DNA from: an uncultured Alphaproteobacteria bacterium
GTDB taxonomy: Bacteria; Pseudomonadota; Alphaproteobacteria; Rhizobiales; Xanthobacteraceae
Assembly: GCA_963770135.1 (NCBI GenBank)
Contig: CAVYOM010000008.1
Location: 59,720 to 123,719, forward strand
Length of the DNA stretch: 64,000 bases
Direction of reading: 5' to 3'
This document shows positions 29,437 through 39,790 of this stretch, one piece after another (positions within the stretch are counted from its first letter, which is position 1; every line of letters begins with the position of its first letter). The position numbers and the translations under genes are program-made. The notes under the pieces are model-generated. The model did not search any database. It saw nothing but the letters and a program-made list of their open reading frames with translations, and was not told the origin of the DNA.

Positions 29437-31275
29437 CTACGCCACCGCCCGCTCGCCATACATGGCGTCGATCTCGACGGCATAACGCTTGTTCACGAAA
29501 CTGCGCTTCAACTTCATGGTCGGCGTCAGTTCCTCGTCCTCGGGCGTGAGCTGACGTTCGATCAAATAGAACTTCTTGATGGTTTCGACGCGCGCGAAGT
29601 TGACGTTGACCGCCTCGATCTCGCGCTGGATCAGGTCCTGGATCTCGGCGCGCGCGGCACAGGCTCGCGTAGTTGGTAAAGGGAATGTCGTGGTCTTGCG
29701 CATATTTCTCGACATTCTCCTGGTCGATCATCAGCAGGCACGTCAGATACGGCCGCTTGTCGCCGATCACCACGGCATCGGAAACGTAAGGCGAGAACTT
29801 CAGCTGGTTCTCGATTTCCGACGGCGTGATGTTCTTGCCGCCCGAGGTGATGATGATGTCCTTCATCCGGTCGGTGATCTTGACGAAGCCTTCATTGTCG
29901 ATCGAGCCGACGTCGCCGGTGTGCAGCCATCCCTTGGCGTCGATGGTTTCCGCGGTCTTTTCCGGCTGGTTCAGATAGCCCATGAACAGGAAGTCGCCGC
30001 GGATCAGGATTTCGCCTTGCGGCGAAATCGCAACCTCGCCCCAGGGGCGGCCTTGCCGACCGAGCCGAGCTTGATGCGCTCGGGCGGCATGATGGTCGCG
30101 ACGCCGCAATTCTCGGTCTGGCCGTAGACCTCGCGCATGTCGAGACCGAGCGCGAGATACCAGCGGATCAGATCGGGCGCGATCGGCGCCGCACCCGTGA
30201 AAGCCAGCCGGCAACGATCGAGCCCGAGCATGCGGCGGATGTTGCGGAACACCAGCCAGTAGGCGGCGCGGTTGGCGAGCCGCAGCGACAGCGGCGGCGT
30301 ATCGCCCTGCAGCTTGTACTCGGTCATGCGGTTGCCGATGGCGAGCGCGTTGCGGTACATCCAGTTCTGGAACGTGGTCGCGTCCTTTAACGCGATGGTG
30401 ATTCCGGAATAGAACTTTTCCCAGATCCTGGGCACCGCGAGGAACGCGGTCGGCTGCACCTCGCGCAGATTGTCCGGCACGGTTTCCGGGCTTTCGGCGA
30501 AATTCATCACCGATCCCAGCGCCAGCGAGACGTAGTAACCGCCGATCCGCTCGGCGACGTGGCAGAGCGGCAGGAACACCAGCCGCTCCTCGGCGTCGGT
30601 CGACGGAAACAGATCGTTGGCGTGGCGCATCTGATGCGTCACGCTGCGGTTGGAATGCATCGCGCCCTTGGGCGGACCCGTGGTGCCCGACGTGTAGACG
30701 AGGATGGCGAGGTCGCCCGCAGTGCGGCTCCCGATCATCTCGTCCCACAGCGCATCGTTGCCCTGCTCATGGTTGCGCCCGAGCGCCGTGAACTCGGCCA
30801 GCGACAGCACCATCGGGTCGGTAAAGCCGCTCAGGCCCTCCATGTCGAACACGACGATCTTCTGCAAGGTCGGACACCGCGAACGGCACGACAGGATCTT
30901 GTCGAGCTGCTCCTCGTCCTCGGCGAAGATCACCTTGGTCGAGGAATCGTTGATCAGGTATTCGACCTGCGACGACGAGTTGGTGGGATAGATGCCGGAC
31001 GAAACGCCGCCGGCGCACAGGATGCCCATGTCGGCATAGACCCATTCCGGCACCGCGTTGGCGATGATCGAGGCGACGTCGCCGGGCCGGAAGCCGCTGG
31101 CATGCAGGCCGAAGGCGATGTCCTTGGAGATCTGCAGCCACTCGCGCCAACTGGTCGGCTGCCAGATGCCGAATTTCTTTTCACGGATCGCCGGCCGGTC
31201 GCCGCGGGTTTCCACGGACTTCAGAAAGCTTCTCGCGATCGTGTCGGCGACCGTCAGCACTGCCGGTCTGGCCAT
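29437..31275 (-). pseudogene. Long-chain fatty acid-CoA ligase (AMP-binding), two frameshifts (~30047 and ~29650)
   Basis: YTSGTTGPPKG, YGQTE, GWLHTGDVG, DRMKDIIITSGGKN, ELTPTMKLKR spread over three ORF segments. Confidence 0.88.
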
Positions 31276-31397
31276 GCGCTCTTCCTCCCTCTGTCGCCTG
31301 CTTCTGGCGCCGGCCTTGGCGGCCGGTCTGTTTTCTCGAAGCAGGGCCTGAATTTAGCTCTAACTCGTTCTTAACGCCATGCTTTTGACTGCGAAGG

Positions 31398-31442
31398 TTA
31401 ACGCCAGGCCTTCTAACGCCAGGTCTTCTAACGCCAAGTCTT
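31398..31442. repeat. Three tandem 15-bp units overlapping the stop of the LivF-like gene
   Basis: TTAACGCCAGGCCTT / CTAACGCCAGGTCTT / CTAACGCCAAGTCTT. Confidence 0.85.
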
Positions 31443-32207
31443 CTTCTTTTTCCAGCGCCGTTCGCCGCGGGCGCCCTCTTCCTTGGCGCCGAGATAGAAT
31501 TCCTGGATGTCCTTTGAATTCATCAGCCGCTCGCAGGTGTCGTTCATCACCACCCGGCCGATTTCCAGCACATAGCCGTAATGCGCCGTCTCCAGCGCCA
31601 CCTTGGCGTTCTGCTCGACCAGCAGGATCGACATGCCCTGCTCCTCGTTGACGCGCTTGATGATGGTAAAAATCTCCTTCACCAGGATCGGCGACAGCCC
31701 GAGCGAGGGCTCGTCCAGCAACAGCAATGCCGGCCGGTTCATCAGCGCCCGCCCGATCGCCAGCATCTGCTGCTCGCCGCCGGAAAGCTGCCCGGCCGGC
31801 TGGTTGATGCGCTCCTTCAGCCGCGGGAAATATCCGTAGACGCGCTCGAGATCCTCGACCACGCCGTCGCGATCCTTGCGCGGATAGGCGCCCATCATCA
31901 GGTTTTCGCGCACCGAGAGGAACGGGAACACCTCACGCCCCTCCGGCACGTGGCTCAAGCCCAGCCGCACGATCTTGTCGGCCTCCATGCGCTGGATCGG
32001 CTTGCCCAGAAATTCGATCGAGCCCTTCTGGGGATCGAGGATGCCGGAAATGGTCTTGAGCACGGTGGTCTTGCCGGCGCCGTTGGCGCCGAGCAGCGTG
32101 ACGATCTGGCCGCGAGGTACCTCGAGGCTGATGCCTCTGATGGCCTGAATCGGCCCGTAATAGCTCTCGATATTGCTGAGCTTGAGAATGATGTCGGAAG
32201 CGCTCAT
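31428..32207 (-). CDS. LivF-like ABC ATP-binding protein
   Basis: GANGAGKT, VPEGREVF, LSGGEQQM, LLVEQNA. Confidence 0.95.
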   Translation of the reverse strand: MSASDIILKLSNIESYYGPIQAIRGISLEVPRGQIVTLLGANGAGKTTVLKTISGILDPQKGSIEFLGKPIQRMEADKIVRLGLSHVPEGREVFPFLSVRENLMMGAYPRKDRDGVVEDLERVYGYFPRLKERINQPAGQLSGGEQQMLAIGRALMNRPALLLLDEPSLGLSPILVKEIFTIIKRVNEEQGMSILLVEQNAKVALETAHYGYVLEIGRVVMNDTCERLMNSKDIQEFYLGAKEEGARGERRWKKKKTWR

Positions 32208-32217
32208 GCCATCATCC

Positions 32218-32976
32218 TCATGCGCCGAGATACGCGGCAACGACGTCGGGATGGCGCTGCACCTCGGAAGGGGATCCCATCGCGATCACTCTGCCATAGT
32301 TGAGCGCGATCACGCGATCGGAGACGCGGTTCACCAGCGACATATCGTGCTCGACCATCAGCACGGTGATGCCGAGGTCGGTCTTCAGGTCGCGGATCCA
32401 GAACGACATGTCGCCGGTCTCCTCGACGTTCAACCCGGAAGACGGCTCGTCGAGCAGGATCAGCTTCGGCTCCGAGCAAAGCGCGCGCGCGAGCTCGATC
32501 ACCTTGCGGACGCCGTAGGGCAGCCCCGAGATCAGCTTGTCGCGATAGACCTCGAGATCGAGGAACTCGATCACCTGTTCAACGCTGCGGCGATGCGCCT
32601 TTTCGCGCGCGCGCACGCTCGGCAGGAACAGCAATTCCTGCCACAGCTGCGTGGTGGAATGCCGGTGACGGCCGACCAGGAGATTGCTCAGCATGGTCGC
32701 ATTCTCGAACAATTCGATGTTCTGGAAGGTGCGGGCGATGCCGAGGCCGGCGATTTCGTAGGCAGGCTGTTCGGTGATGTCCTGATCCTCGAAGAATATC
32801 TTGCCCGAGGTCGGCGGATAGATCCGCGAGATCAGGTTGAAGATCGAACTCTTGCCGGCGCCGTTGGGGCCGATGATCGAGAGGATCTCGCCCTTCTCCA
32901 CGGCGAAGCTGACGGAATCGACTGCCTTCAGGCCGCCGAAGTGCAAGGACAGGTTTTCCGCACGGAAATAGCTCAT
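32218..32976 (-). CDS. LivG-like ABC ATP-binding protein
   Basis: FGGLKAVD, GPNGAGKS, ARTFQN, V.AAYLG. Confidence 0.95.
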   Translation of the reverse strand: MSYFRAENLSLHFGGLKAVDSVSFAVEKGEILSIIGPNGAGKSSIFNLISRIYPPTSGKIFFEDQDITEQPAYEIAGLGIARTFQNIELFENATMLSNLLVGRHRHSTTQLWQELLFLPSVRAREKAHRRSVEQVIEFLDLEVYRDKLISGLPYGVRKVIELARALCSEPKLILLDEPSSGLNVEETGDMSFWIRDLKTDLGITVLMVEHDMSLVNRVSDRVIALNYGRVIAMGSPSEVQRHPDVVAAYLGA

Positions 32977-34124
32977 CGGTTCCGCTCCGACTTCACGTAG
33001 ATCTTCTGCCGCTTGAAGGTGGCGCGCTTGTAGAGCGGGAATAGCTGGAAGAAGAGCTTTATCTTCAGCCAGCGCCCGTAGAGGCCGAGCGGCTCGAACA
33101 GTACGAACAGCACGATGATCACCCCGTAGATGGCGCCCTTCAATCCGTTGGCGGAGGCAATCGCGGCGACGTTGGTGTTAACTTTCCCGGCCGTCACGCT
33201 ATCGGCGCCGAACATTGCGGCCAGCCCCGAGATGATGCCGGGCAGGTCATCCTTCAGATAGGTCAGGAACGGATCGATCATGACCAGGAAGATCGCGCCG
33301 AGCACCGCGCCGTGCAGGCTGAAGGTGCCGCCGATCAGGATCACGATGATGAACTCGATCGAGAGCTGCAGCGTGAACATCTCCGGGCTGATGAAGGAGA
33401 GCTTGTGCGCGAACAGCACGCCGGCCAGCCCGGTAATCGCCGCACTGATCGCAAACGACTTCACCTTGTAGAGCGAGACGTTGACGCCCATGCTGCGTGC
33501 CGCCGTTTCGCTGTCGCGGATCGCGACGAAGGCGCGGCCCGTCGGCGAGCGCAGCAGGTTAAGCGTGCCGACGATGGTGAGGATTAATACGCCAAGGCAG
33601 AGGAAATAGAAGGTAGGCCCGTTCTGCGGCACCGCCTGCCCGAACAGGCTCAAGGTCTTGACCCGCATGCCCTCGTTGCCGTGGGTGACGCTTTCCCAGC
33701 GCGCCAGCACTTCCTCGACGATGAAGGCAAAGGAAATCGTTGCGATGACGAGATAGATGCCCTGCAGCCGCAAGGCCGGAAATCCGACCAGCGCACCGAC
33801 CACGCCGGTCAAGAGGCCACCGGCCAGGAAGTAAACCGGAAAAGGAACGTTGTATTGCTGCAGATAGCCGGCCGTATAGGCGCCGATCGCCAGAAAGGCG
33901 GCGTGACCGAGCGAGGCCTGCCCGGTGAAGCCGGTGAGGATCAACAAGCCCACGCCTACCGTGGCGTAGATGCAGACGAACACCAGCTGGCTGACCAGAT
34001 AGCTCGACAGCACGAACGGCGCGACCACAAGGAACGCCAGCAGGATGCCGTAGGAAACGATGTAGCCGCTGTGCGGAAACAGCCTGATGTCGTCTTCGTA
34101 ATCCGTCTTGAAGAGGAACCGCAT
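32973..34124 (-). CDS. LivM-like ABC permease
   Basis: GFTGQASLGHAAF, GRAFVAIRDSE.AA. Confidence 0.93.
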   Translation of the reverse strand: MRFLFKTDYEDDIRLFPHSGYIVSYGILLAFLVVAPFVLSSYLVSQLVFVCIYATVGVGLLILTGFTGQASLGHAAFLAIGAYTAGYLQQYNVPFPVYFLAGGLLTGVVGALVGFPALRLQGIYLVIATISFAFIVEEVLARWESVTHGNEGMRVKTLSLFGQAVPQNGPTFYFLCLGVLILTIVGTLNLLRSPTGRAFVAIRDSETAARSMGVNVSLYKVKSFAISAAITGLAGVLFAHKLSFISPEMFTLQLSIEFIIVILIGGTFSLHGAVLGAIFLVMIDPFLTYLKDDLPGIISGLAAMFGADSVTAGKVNTNVAAIASANGLKGAIYGVIIVLFVLFEPLGLYGRWLKIKLFFQLFPLYKRATFKRQKIYVKSERNR

Positions 34125-35002
34125 CAGACTTTCTTCCGCGTATGAACACCGAACAGGCCTTCGGGCTTGAGCAGCAGCACCACCAGAAGCACGAGGTAGG
34201 GCGCGATGTCCTTCCAGCCCTGCGGCAGGTAGAAGCCGGCCATGCTCTCGATCACGCCGATCAGCACGCCGCCCACCACGGCGCCGGGAATCGAGCCGAA
34301 GCCGCCGAGCACCGCGGCGGGAAACGCCTTCAGGCCCAGCACGAGGCCGACATTGGAGTGAATGAAGGTGATCGGCGCCAGCAGCACGCCGGCGGCGGTC
34401 GCGACCGCCGCTGAGATCGCCCAGACGATCGACACCACGCGCTTGACCGGAATGCCCATGTAATAGGCGGCCAGCATGTTCTCAGAGCTGGCGCGCATCG
34501 CGGTGCCGAGCGTGGTGCGGTTGAAGAACAGATAGAGCAGCGCGCAAAGGATGACGGTTGCCGCGATCACGGAAAGCTTGTCGTAGGCCAGCACCAGCGA
34601 GCCGATCCGCAGCACGCCGTCGCTGAACGGCGTCTCGATCTTGAAATCGTCGGTGCCCCAGATCATGCCGACCACGGAGCGCAGGAAATATCCGAGACCG
34701 ATCGTCGCCATGATGATGGAAAACTGCGGGTAGCCGAGGATCGGACGCACCACGACACGTTCGGCCAGCATGCCGAACGCCGCCATGGCGATGACCGCGC
34801 CGGCGAATCCGAGCCAGTAGTTGAGACCGAGCATGCCGATGAAGGTGAAGGCGAAGAACCCGCCCAGCATCATCAAATCGCCCTGGGCGAAATTGACGAC
34901 CTCGGTTGCCTTGTAAACAAGCACAAAACCGAGCGCGATCAAGCCGTAAACGCAGCCGAGCGCGATGCCACTCACCAGCTGCTGAACGAAGTCCAGCATC
35001 AT
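34124..35002 (-). CDS. LivH-like ABC permease
   Basis: YGLIALG..VVNFAQG, KAFPAAVLGGFGS, KPEGLFG. Confidence 0.93.
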   Translation of the reverse strand: MMLDFVQQLVSGIALGCVYGLIALGFVLVYKATEVVNFAQGDLMMLGGFFAFTFIGMLGLNYWLGFAGAVIAMAAFGMLAERVVVRPILGYPQFSIIMATIGLGYFLRSVVGMIWGTDDFKIETPFSDGVLRIGSLVLAYDKLSVIAATVILCALLYLFFNRTTLGTAMRASSENMLAAYYMGIPVKRVVSIVWAISAAVATAAGVLLAPITFIHSNVGLVLGLKAFPAAVLGGFGSIPGAVVGGVLIGVIESMAGFYLPQGWKDIAPYLVLLVVLLLKPEGLFGVHTRKKV

Positions 35003-35293
35003 TACCCTCCCCGATGCCAGGCGATTCTGTCGACCGCCTTTTCCGCATCTTGTGTCTACAAGCTATCGACGGTGCGATGCCTGTAGCCGCATATGTCCCG
35101 CTGCATTGAGCCCAAAGCGCCGACCGCTGTCAACAAAGGGCTGGCCGCGCCGCCGTTAACAATTGCGGAGAAATGCCGCAGCCCGGGAAGTTGCGGGGTT
35201 CGGCACGATTTGGCCCGCTCGATTTACCGTGCCGAAAGTTCTTCGGTTCATGTTCCAACAACGACAAAAACGAAACCGGATCGTCCCGTCATC

Positions 35294-36046
35294 ATGCAGC
35301 CAGATGTATCGGCGCTCGAAGTGCGAGGGTTAACGAAGTGTTTTGACCGCCCCGCGGTCGACGCGCTCGACCTGACCATTCGCACCGGCGAATTTTACGC
35401 CCTGCTCGGCCCCAATGGCGCCGGCAAGACCACGACCTTGCGGATGGTCGCCGGCCTGCTCAGGCCCGACGCCGGCTCGGTCTCCATTTTGGGCATCGAC
35501 GCACTCGCCGATCCCGTCGCCGCCAAGCAGATCATGGCCTGGGTCTCCGACGAGCCGATGATCTACGACAAGCTGACGCCGCTCGAATATCTCGAATTCG
35601 TCGCCGGCCTCTGGGGCATCGATCCCGCGGTTTCCGGCCCGTCAGCGCAGCAGCTTCTGCTGTCGCTCGGCCTCGAGCCGCATCTGCACGAACGCTGCGA
35701 GGGATTCTCCAAGGGTATGCGCCAGAAGGTGGCGCTGGCCGGCGCGCTGGTTCACGATCCCCGGCTGATCATCCTGGACGAGCCGTTGACCGGCCTCGAT
35801 GCGCTGTCGGCGCGTCACGTCAAGGGATTGCTGCAGGACCGCGTCCGTGCCGGCTGCACCGTGATCATGACGACGCATATTCTCGAAGTCGCCGAACGGA
35901 TGGCCGACCGCATCGGCGTGATCGCCAAAGGCCGGCTGGTGGCCGAAGGCACGCTCACGGAGCTGCGCCAGCAGAACGGCCGCAACGACACCAGCCTCGA
36001 AGACATGTTTATCGCCCTCGTCGACACCAACGCGGCCGCCGCATGA
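35294..36046 (+). CDS. ABC-2-type exporter ATP-binding protein
   Basis: GPNGAGKTT, FSKGMRQK, LDEPLTGLD. Confidence 0.92.
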   Translation: MQPDVSALEVRGLTKCFDRPAVDALDLTIRTGEFYALLGPNGAGKTTTLRMVAGLLRPDAGSVSILGIDALADPVAAKQIMAWVSDEPMIYDKLTPLEYLEFVAGLWGIDPAVSGPSAQQLLLSLGLEPHLHERCEGFSKGMRQKVALAGALVHDPRLIILDEPLTGLDALSARHVKGLLQDRVRAGCTVIMTTHILEVAERMADRIGVIAKGRLVAEGTLTELRQQNGRNDTSLEDMFIALVDTNAAAA

Positions 36047-37566
36047 GTTCGGCCGCGGCGCTCAGCTGGTTTGCCCGGCACGAGATCCGTCTGGCGTGGC
36101 GCGAATGGCTGGCGATGATCGGCGGCAGGCGCGGAAAACGAAAGCGCGCGATCATCGCTCTGGCGGTGTTCGTCGCCATCATGCACCTGCCGGCCTATGC
36201 GGTGATCGGCCGCTTCGCCGACCTGCAAGCCCCGCTCGGCAAGCAGGAATTGATCGTCATCACGGCAAGCATCTTTCTCGCCTGGGCCCTGATGCTGTCG
36301 CAGGCCATCGAATTGGTGACGCGGGTGTTCTACGCCCGTGCCGATCTCGATCTCATCATGTCGTCGCCGGCGAACCTCGCCAACGTGTTCTCGGTGCGGA
36401 TCGCGGCGATCGGACTGTCCGTGATCGGGATGGCGCTGTTGCTGTCGACGCCCTTTGTCGACGTTCTCGTGATCGGTGGCGGCATCCGATGGCTTTCGGC
36501 GTTCGGCGTCGTCATCGCCATCGGCCTTTCGGCCGCGGCCGTTGCGATCGCGATCACGATCGCGCTGTTCAGGCTGATCGGCCCGAGCCGCACCCGTCTC
36601 GTCGCGCAGATCGTAGCCGCCATCATCGGTGCCGGCTTCGTCATCGCCCTGCAGATCGCAGCCATCCTTTCCTACGGTACGTTGTCGCGCTTCGCGGTGC
36701 TGACCTCCGATGCCGCTGCCGCCTATGCGCCGGCGCTCGACAGTCCGCTGTGGTGGCCGGCGCGCGCGTCGATCGGCGATGGCATGGTACTGTCGTGGCT
36801 GATGGCCGGCGGGCTCGTGCTGCTCGGCGTCGTGATGGCGGCGTTCTCGCCGAGATTTGCCGATACCATCGTCAGTGTCGCCGCAACCGCCCGGTCGGTC
36901 CGCCGCGGACCGCGCACGACCGCATTTCGCGGCGGCTCGCGGCAACAGGCGCTGCGCGCCAAGGAATTCCTGCTGCTGCGGCGCGACCCCTGGCTGTTGT
37001 CGCAAAGCCTGATGCAATTGCTCTATCTGGTGCCGCCGGCTCTGATGCTATGGCGAAGCTTCTCTGAAAGTTCCGACGCGATCGTTTTGATCACGCCCGT
37101 GATCGTGATGGCGGCGGGCCAGCTTGCCGGCGGTCTCGCCTGGCTGACGATCTCCGGCGAAGACGCCGCCGACCTGGTCGCGACCGCGCCGCTGCCGCCG
37201 TCGTACGTGATCCGCGCCAAGGTCGAAGTGGTGCTTCTCTCAATCGGCGCCATCTTCGCGCCGCTGATCGCAGCCCTTGCCTTTGCCTCCGTGACGCAGG
37301 CGATCGTCACCGCGCTCGGCGTCATCGTCGCGACCGCCTCCGCTGCCGCGATCCAGCTCTGGTTCCGCGTGCAGGCCAAGCGCAGTCAGTTCCGCCGCCG
37401 CCAGACCTCGTCGCGGCTGGCGACATTCGCGGAAGCCTTCTGCTCGATCGGCTGGGCCGCCACCGCGGCGCTGGCGGTCACCATTCCGATCGCCGCAGTG
37501 ATCAGCGGCGGAATGACTGCGGCGATTCTCGCGGCAACCTGGAAGATCAGCCCGCGTCGGGAGTGA
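36043..37566 (+). CDS. Putative ABC-2-type exporter permease
   Basis: About 12 TM segments, DLDLIMSSP, KEFLLLRRDP; ATGA-coupled to the ATPase. Confidence 0.85.
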   Translation: MSSAAALSWFARHEIRLAWREWLAMIGGRRGKRKRAIIALAVFVAIMHLPAYAVIGRFADLQAPLGKQELIVITASIFLAWALMLSQAIELVTRVFYARADLDLIMSSPANLANVFSVRIAAIGLSVIGMALLLSTPFVDVLVIGGGIRWLSAFGVVIAIGLSAAAVAIAITIALFRLIGPSRTRLVAQIVAAIIGAGFVIALQIAAILSYGTLSRFAVLTSDAAAAYAPALDSPLWWPARASIGDGMVLSWLMAGGLVLLGVVMAAFSPRFADTIVSVAATARSVRRGPRTTAFRGGSRQQALRAKEFLLLRRDPWLLSQSLMQLLYLVPPALMLWRSFSESSDAIVLITPVIVMAAGQLAGGLAWLTISGEDAADLVATAPLPPSYVIRAKVEVVLLSIGAIFAPLIAALAFASVTQAIVTALGVIVATASAAAIQLWFRVQAKRSQFRRRQTSSRLATFAEAFCSIGWAATAALAVTIPIAAVISGGMTAAILAATWKISPRRE

Positions 37567-37580
37567 GTTGCCCCTCTGTT

Positions 37581-37672
37581 TCGTCATGGCCGGGCTTGTC
37601 CCGGCCATCCACGTCCTTCTCGCCACAGTAAGCCGGAGACGTGGATGCCCGGGACAAGACCGGGCATGACGA
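37581..37672. repeat. CGTC-type REP-like element (family A, copy 4)
   Basis: Near-identical to 4416-4510; lies between convergent genes. Confidence 0.9.
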
Positions 37673-37700
37673 GTTGAAACCGAGACGGCTTGAACGGAAA

Positions 37701-38672
37701 CTACTGCTTCTCCAGCCCCGCCCGTTCGATCACATCGCCCCAGCGCTTGATCTCCTTTTCGATGAACGGGATCATCTCGGCCTTCTGCAGCATCATCGGG
37801 CGGGTGCCGACCTTTTCGAAATGCGTGCGTACGCGTTCCGACGACAGCGCTGTATGCGCGGCCGCCGCCAGCCGGTCGACGACCGGCGCGGGGGTGCCTG
37901 CCGGCACCATGATCGAGGACCAGCTCTGGGTGGTCATGTCCTTCATGCCGAGTTCGGCCATGGTCGGCACATCGGGAAATGCGCGCAGGCGATCCGGCGC
38001 GGTGGTGGCCAGCACCTTCAGCTTGCCGGCCTCGACGTGCGGGCCGACCGAAACCGGGTAATCGAACATGACGTCGACACGACCGGCGATCATGTCGTTC
38101 AGCGCCGGCGCGCTGCCCCGATACGGCACGTGCTGCATCTCGATGCCGGTGACGGTCTTGAACAGTTCGGCGACCAGATGCGTCGCTGTGCCGACGCCCG
38201 AGGAGGAGAACGTCACCTTGCCCGGATTCTGTTTGGCATAGGCGATGAACTCGGGCACCGAATTATAGGGCGCTTCGTGATAGGCCACGAACAGGTTCGG
38301 GCTTTCTCCGACCAGATGCACCGGCAGGAAACTCGTCAGCGGATCGTAGGACAGGTTTTTGCGCAACGTGACATTGGCCGCCATCGTGCCCTGCGTGCCA
38401 TAGATCATCATGTAGCCATCGGGCTTGGCGCGCGCCACCTGTTCGGTGCCGACCGTGCCGCCGCCACCGCCGCGATTATCGATCAGCACCGATTGGCCAA
38501 GCGTCCGCGACATTTCCTCGGCGACGATGCGCGATGTCGTGTCGGTGATGCCGCCCGGCGCGAAGGGTACGACCCAGGTGATCGGACGGCTCGGAAATTC
38601 TTCGGCCGAGGCCGGTGCGATCGGCGCAAAGGAGACCAGCCAGATCGCAAGCAAGACGTGACGCTTCGCCAT
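37701..38672 (-). CDS. Bug/TctC-family tripartite tricarboxylate substrate-binding protein
   Basis: FPSRPITWVVPFAPGG.TD, HVPYRG, PDVPT. Confidence 0.92.
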   Translation of the reverse strand: MAKRHVLLAIWLVSFAPIAPASAEEFPSRPITWVVPFAPGGITDTTSRIVAEEMSRTLGQSVLIDNRGGGGGTVGTEQVARAKPDGYMMIYGTQGTMAANVTLRKNLSYDPLTSFLPVHLVGESPNLFVAYHEAPYNSVPEFIAYAKQNPGKVTFSSSGVGTATHLVAELFKTVTGIEMQHVPYRGSAPALNDMIAGRVDVMFDYPVSVGPHVEAGKLKVLATTAPDRLRAFPDVPTMAELGMKDMTTQSWSSIMVPAGTPAPVVDRLAAAAHTALSSERVRTHFEKVGTRPMMLQKAEMIPFIEKEIKRWGDVIERAGLEKQ

Positions 38673-38767
38673 TGGAATTCCGCCCTGTAAAATTTCTGTT
38701 CTTCTTGGAGAACTTGCGCAGCGAGAATGGTTGTTTCCGCCGCCGATGACCATGCGGCAAAGTCGAC

Positions 38768-39787
38768 CTAGCCGCGGATCAGCTCCATGACAGCGGCAGC
38801 GAATGCTGCTGGCGCTTCCTGCGGCACGTTGTGTCCGGCGCCCTGCACCACGCGATGAATACGACGGCCGGTAAACTTGGACGCGCTGGCGCTGCCGTCG
38901 CTCGCGGGCAGCACGCCGTCCTTGTCGCCATCCAGAGTAACCGACGGCACCGAGATTGGAGGCAGTGACGCGAGCCGCCGCTGCAGATCGGCATATTGCG
39001 GATCGCCTGCCGCCAGGCCGAAGCGATGGCGATAGCTGTGGATCACGACGTCGACATAGTCGGGATTGTCGTGCGCCATAGCGGAGCGCTCGAAGGTGGC
39101 GTCGTCGAAATCCCATTCGGGCGACCACTGCTCCCATAATATCCTGGCGATCTCGCGCCGGTTGGCAGCCAGCCCGGCCCGCCCGCGCTCGGTCTGAAAG
39201 TAATATTCGTACCAGAGTGCGACTTCATATTTCGGCCTGATCGGCACCATGGCCCGCGCAAGGTCCTGGATCAGGTAGCTGTTCACGGTCACCATGCCGC
39301 GGCAGCGCTCCGGCCACAGCGCCGCGGCGACGCAGGCGGCGCGGCCACCCCAATTATGCCCGGCCAGCACGGCGCGCCGAATACCCAGTGCATCCATCAG
39401 CGCGATGACATCGGCGCCGATTGCCGCCTGCTCGCCGGACCGAAGCGTCGCCGGGTCGCGAAACCGCGTCGCACCGAAGCCACGCAAGCAAGGGACGATG
39501 ACGCGACAGCCCTGCGCTGCCAGTTGCGGGGCGACATCTGCATAGGTGTGAATGTCATAGGGAAAGCCGTGCAGGAGGATCGCAACCGGACCACTCGCAG
39601 GCCCCTCCTCATAATAGGCGATGTTGAGCACACCTGCATCGACATGCTTCAACGGCTCCATCCGCCGCGACGGTGGCGCGGCGGCCGGACGCACGGGTGC
39701 ACCAGCCTGAGCAAAGGCCCTGCCGGCTACGCCCGACAAGGCCGCGCCAAGCAGCAAACGGCGCCGGCGGTCGACGGCATCGGGCAT
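38768..39787 (-). CDS. Alpha/beta hydrolase (epoxide-hydrolase-like) with a Tat signal
   Basis: DRRRRLLLG..AFA signal; LLHGFP, AGHNWGG, GHNVPQE. Confidence 0.88.
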   Translation of the reverse strand: MPDAVDRRRRLLLGAALSGVAGRAFAQAGAPVRPAAAPPSRRMEPLKHVDAGVLNIAYYEEGPASGPVAILLHGFPYDIHTYADVAPQLAAQGCRVIVPCLRGFGATRFRDPATLRSGEQAAIGADVIALMDALGIRRAVLAGHNWGGRAACVAAALWPERCRGMVTVNSYLIQDLARAMVPIRPKYEVALWYEYYFQTERGRAGLAANRREIARILWEQWSPEWDFDDATFERSAMAHDNPDYVDVVIHSYRHRFGLAAGDPQYADLQRRLASLPPISVPSVTLDGDKDGVLPASDGSASASKFTGRRIHRVVQGAGHNVPQEAPAAFAAAVMELIRG

Positions 39788-39790
39788 CGG

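Noticed and set aside
31398-31442. Short repeats or REP clusters as a CRISPR array
   Set aside because: No unique spacers of constant length and no cas genes.
35201-35216. CGGCACGATTTGGCCC as a sigma54 promoter
   Set aside because: It lacks GC at the required GG-N10-GC spacing.
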